Of a DNA stretch of 64,000 nucleotides, positions 61,044-64,000 are shown in pieces. The stretch is from Nitrosopumilus sp. GTDB taxonomy: Archaea > Thermoproteota > Nitrososphaeria > Nitrososphaerales > Nitrosopumilaceae. The stretch spans positions 256,001 to 320,000 of the forward strand of contig OZ244650.1 in NCBI GenBank assembly GCA_965218785.1, in the 5' to 3' direction. The notes under the pieces were generated by a model, which saw only the letters and a list, made by a program, of their open reading frames with translations, searched no databases and was not told the DNA's origin. Within the stretch, counting starts at the first letter, position 1; each line of letters begins with the position of its first letter. Both the position numbers and the translations under genes were made by a program.

Positions 61044-61397
61044 TTCTCCTAGCCATATTATCTATGATTCTGATGATGGGCTAGAAACAGATTATTTTGT
61101 CTGAATCAACCATCTGCTGATTCCTTTGATTGGTCTTTAACAAAAAGTCATCTGGGCATTCATTCTGATCATATTTTCTCATTTTTTTGGTTTTATTTCA
61201 AAAGGCAATTTGAGAACTTGACTCATCTGTATACCACTTTATTTATCAGAACCAAATGATACTTTTTTGCCAAAAAAAACAACCCTGAAAAATATCTGAT
61301 TTCATCATTTTGGAACTATCTTTCATTACTTTTTCTTCATTAAAATTGATCATACGAAACCGTAATGACTAGTTAGAAAATGAAAAAGATGGGTAGT

Positions 61398-61967
61398 TTA
61401 GATTACTTGCCAGGGTCGTGTAGCAAACGTGATTACATATCCAACACCAATTATGATTGACTGGTATGCGATGTTGGTATATGGGATTGGTTTGATAATT
61501 GGTTCCCCTTCAACGACAACTGTTTGACCTGGAGCGAGTCCTGGACCTACTTGTGCTACATTGAGCTGAGTGTGTACGTGGTAGACACCTGCTTCAAGTG
61601 CTTTTGCAGACAGTGAATATTCTATGTTGGTGTTTCCTGAAATGTCAAAGACATTACCTGGTGGATCTCTTGCCAACATCTCCCATCTGTTTCCTGCATT
61701 AGTAGATTCTGAGAAAATGGATAACCATCCTCTTAGGTCTCTTTCTACAAGACTGATTAGTGTCCCTTTAACTGTCAGGGTTTCACCTGTTTGTAGAGAT
61801 TGTCTGTTAAAGGTCTCATCTTCTATTTTGATGAAACGACTCTGAAGTTGTGCTTGGACACCGTGTGCATCTGCACTTGGAAGAATTGTTTCAACCCAGT
61901 TGAAACCCAACGTTCCTAGCGCGAGTACGACAGCTAGTCCGAATACGAAAATCTTTTTTTCGATCAT
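61398..61967 (-). CDS. amoB: Ammonia monooxygenase subunit B
   Basis: ADAHGVQAQLQSRF, YHVHTQLNV, ATRPWQVI. Confidence 0.97.
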   Translation of the reverse strand: MIEKKIFVFGLAVVLALGTLGFNWVETILPSADAHGVQAQLQSRFIKIEDETFNRQSLQTGETLTVKGTLISLVERDLRGWLSIFSESTNAGNRWEMLARDPPGNVFDISGNTNIEYSLSAKALEAGVYHVHTQLNVAQVGPGLAPGQTVVVEGEPIIKPIPYTNIAYQSIIIGVGYVITFATRPWQVI

Positions 61968-62222
61968 AGATATCCCTAATATTTTGAATGAACATACACA
62001 TCGTTATATGTTTTACCTTCATAACGAGGATCGATACTTGGCACAATGATAATCATTGATGATAGACGATGAATCTAGTCAAAAAATATTATAATTCCTA
62101 TATTTAAAATCAGAAAAAATCCATTATTTTCATGATTTTCTTGAAACTATATGAAATTTTTGCTAAAAATTTGCTGCTTCAAAAACTCTTACTTTATATT
62201 CCGAATATACATGATAGTTACT

Positions 62223-62786
62223 ATGGCACAGATGCCCGCATTAATCCCAAAAGAAGTTGAGATTCAGAGACTAAAAAAAGTCTGGCTCATCGTTATTGCT
62301 ATGGGATCCACTGCAGCATCAGTCGAAGTAGACAACTTCGTTGATGGTTCTCTACATCAGACTTCTATCAGAGATAGTGCATTTACTCCCGCACACTGGT
62401 GGTTATACTCCCACTTCATCACATTACCACTTGGTTGGGGAGCAGCAGCAATCTATGATAGAAAGATACCTATTCTCAGAGGTCCAAATAATTCAATGAA
62501 CACCGGTTTGAAGATGACCATCCTTGGTTACCTTGCAACTATGTTCACAATTGGCGTTAATGAGATGTGGCATTTCTGGTTTGTAGAGGAAATCTTTGCG
62601 GTTCCAAATCACTGGATGTTTAACATGGGTGTAGTAGTTGCATTCATGGGCGCACTTGCATACGTAGTCAGAGTATATGCTAGACTCGTAGAACTAGGCG
62701 CAGAGACTCCTGGAGAGAACCCATATGTTGCAGAAATGTACAAGATGGCCTTGGAAGGCAAATTGTACAGTAGATCAATTCCATAG
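62223..62786 (+). CDS. amoC: Ammonia monooxygenase subunit C
   Basis: MAQMPALIPKEVEIQRLKK, DGSLHQ..IRD..FTPAH, NEMWHFWFVEEIF..PNHW; TATA box at 62193. Confidence 0.97.
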   Translation: MAQMPALIPKEVEIQRLKKVWLIVIAMGSTAASVEVDNFVDGSLHQTSIRDSAFTPAHWWLYSHFITLPLGWGAAAIYDRKIPILRGPNNSMNTGLKMTILGYLATMFTIGVNEMWHFWFVEEIFAVPNHWMFNMGVVVAFMGALAYVVRVYARLVELGAETPGENPYVAEMYKMALEGKLYSRSIP

Positions 62787-62904
62787 AAAAACACGTGCAA
62801 AAGCACACCTTTTTTCCTTTTATATCCTGATCATGACGTAGATCGTACTATATTCGCCAGTTTAAGAAAGATTTAAAAGGATTCTGAATCAGAATAAATC
62901 CATA

Positions 62905-63267
62905 ATGACTCTTCCTAAAGGATTCGGTTCAGGCGGTGGCGGTGGATCATCTAGCGCTGACGTAGAACGAATGATTGGCAGACGCGTTGAAAACATGACT
63001 GGAATGATCACAGTTTCATTCATAGCCGCATGGCTAGCAACTTTTGGTGGTACTGCAGCAGGATACTTTTATTATCCATGGGCATATCCAACACCTAGTG
63101 GTCACTATGCATTCATCGTACTTACAATCATTGAGGCAATAGGCTACATCTTCTGTGTCAAAGTCATGGAAGAAGGTTCCAACAAGAATAGTAATGGTCT
63201 AGTCGCTGGTGTTATAGCCGGTGTTACAGTCGGTACAATTCTTATATCATTATACGTTGGTAACTAA
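62905..63267 (+). CDS. amoX: Ammonia monooxygenase subunit X
   Basis: Membrane protein between amoC and amoA; MIGRRVENM, YYPWAYP. Confidence 0.9.
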   Translation: MTLPKGFGSGGGGGSSSADVERMIGRRVENMTGMITVSFIAAWLATFGGTAAGYFYYPWAYPTPSGHYAFIVLTIIEAIGYIFCVKVMEEGSNKNSNGLVAGVIAGVTVGTILISLYVGN

Positions 63268-63336
63268 AAAGACCCCTTCAGACACTTCTTTTTCATTTTT
63301 AGGTTCAAAATAACGATCTTCATAGCTACTCTAAAA

Positions 63337-63344
63337 TTTATATA
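63337..63344 (+). promoter_or_regulatory. TATA box of amoA
   Basis: TTTATATA with an A-rich BRE-like element, about 23 nt upstream of ATG 63367. Confidence 0.6.
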
Positions 63345-63366
63345 CTAACCCATTATTCTACAACAC

Positions 63367-64000
63367 ATGGTCTGGTTAAGACGATGTACTCACTATTTGT
63401 TCATAATAGTAGTCGCAGTTAACTCAACACTGTTAACAATTAATGCAGGAGATTACATCTTCTACACTGACTGGGCTTGGACTTCATTTACGGTATTTTC
63501 AATATCGCAAACGTTGATGCTTGTAGTAGGTGCAACATATTACCTAACATTTACAGGCGTTCCAGGTACCGCAACGTACTACGCTCTAATAATGACAGTA
63601 TACACATGGATTGCAAAAGGTGCATGGTTTGCACTCGGATATCCATATGACTTCATTGTAACTCCAGTTTGGCTGCCATCAGCAATGCTGTTGGACTTGG
63701 TTTACTGGGCAACAAAGAAGAACAAACACTCTTTGATACTGTTTGGCGGCGTACTAGTAGGAATGTCATTACCATTGTTCAATATGGTAAACCTGATAAC
63801 AGTAGCAGACCCACTTGAAACGGCATTCAAGTATCCAAGACCCACATTGCCACCATACATGACACCGATAGAGCCGCAGGTTGGAAAGTTCTATAACAGT
63901 CCAGTTGCTCTAGGTGCAGGTGCAGGTGCAGTGTTGTCAGTCACTATGGCTGCGTTGGGTGTTAAACTCAACACTTGGACTTACAGATGGATGGCCGCCT
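63367..64000 (+). CDS. amoA: Ammonia monooxygenase subunit A (3' truncated by window edge; absent from the ORF track)
   Basis: Manual translation: MVWLRRCTHYLFIIVVAVNSTLLTINAGDYIFYTDWAWTSF...KYPRPTLPPYMTPIEPQVGKFYNSP...KLNTWTYRWMAA. Confidence 0.98.
   Translation, partial: MVWLRRCTHYLFIIVVAVNSTLLTINAGDYIFYTDWAWTSFTVFSISQTLMLVVGATYYLTFTGVPGTATYYALIMTVYTWIAKGAWFALGYPYDFIVTPVWLPSAMLLDLVYWATKKNKHSLILFGGVLVGMSLPLFNMVNLITVADPLETAFKYPRPTLPPYMTPIEPQVGKFYNSPVALGAGAGAVLSVTMAALGVKLNTWTYRWMAA

Overview
Chromosomal window from an ammonia-oxidising archaeon (Nitrososphaerota/Thaumarchaeota, Nitrosopumilaceae-like), identified by amoB/amoC/amoX/amoA at the right end and the SlaA S-layer 3' end plus Rieske/cytochrome b/cupredoxin complex III at the left. 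The core part holds tRNA-modification, translation and transcription genes (tgtA, kae1, bud32, pcc1, taw1, dus, serS, rps3ae, rps15, tbp), tRNA-Arg(UCU) and a likely box C/D guide RNA. Accessory parts: (i) an AT-rich nuclease + ABC-type ATPase insertion (5.7-8.0 kb); (ii) a ~13.5 kb variable region beside the tRNA 3' end with two tandem chimeric S-layer/adhesin genes (the second frameshifted), a frameshifted Mrr-type nuclease with a Cys-rich tail and a secreted protein; (iii) three tandem thrombospondin type-3 repeat genes, two built on an exact 615-bp period. The most intriguing signal is the S-layer paralog locus: near-identical DNA shared with slaA, an apparent gene-conversion tract, a variable-number linker repeat and a ~55-bp inverted repeat pair bracketing copy 1. 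Together these suggest recombination-driven surface variation, but no recombinase is visible and the mechanism is inference. All family assignments come from motif recognition, not database searches.
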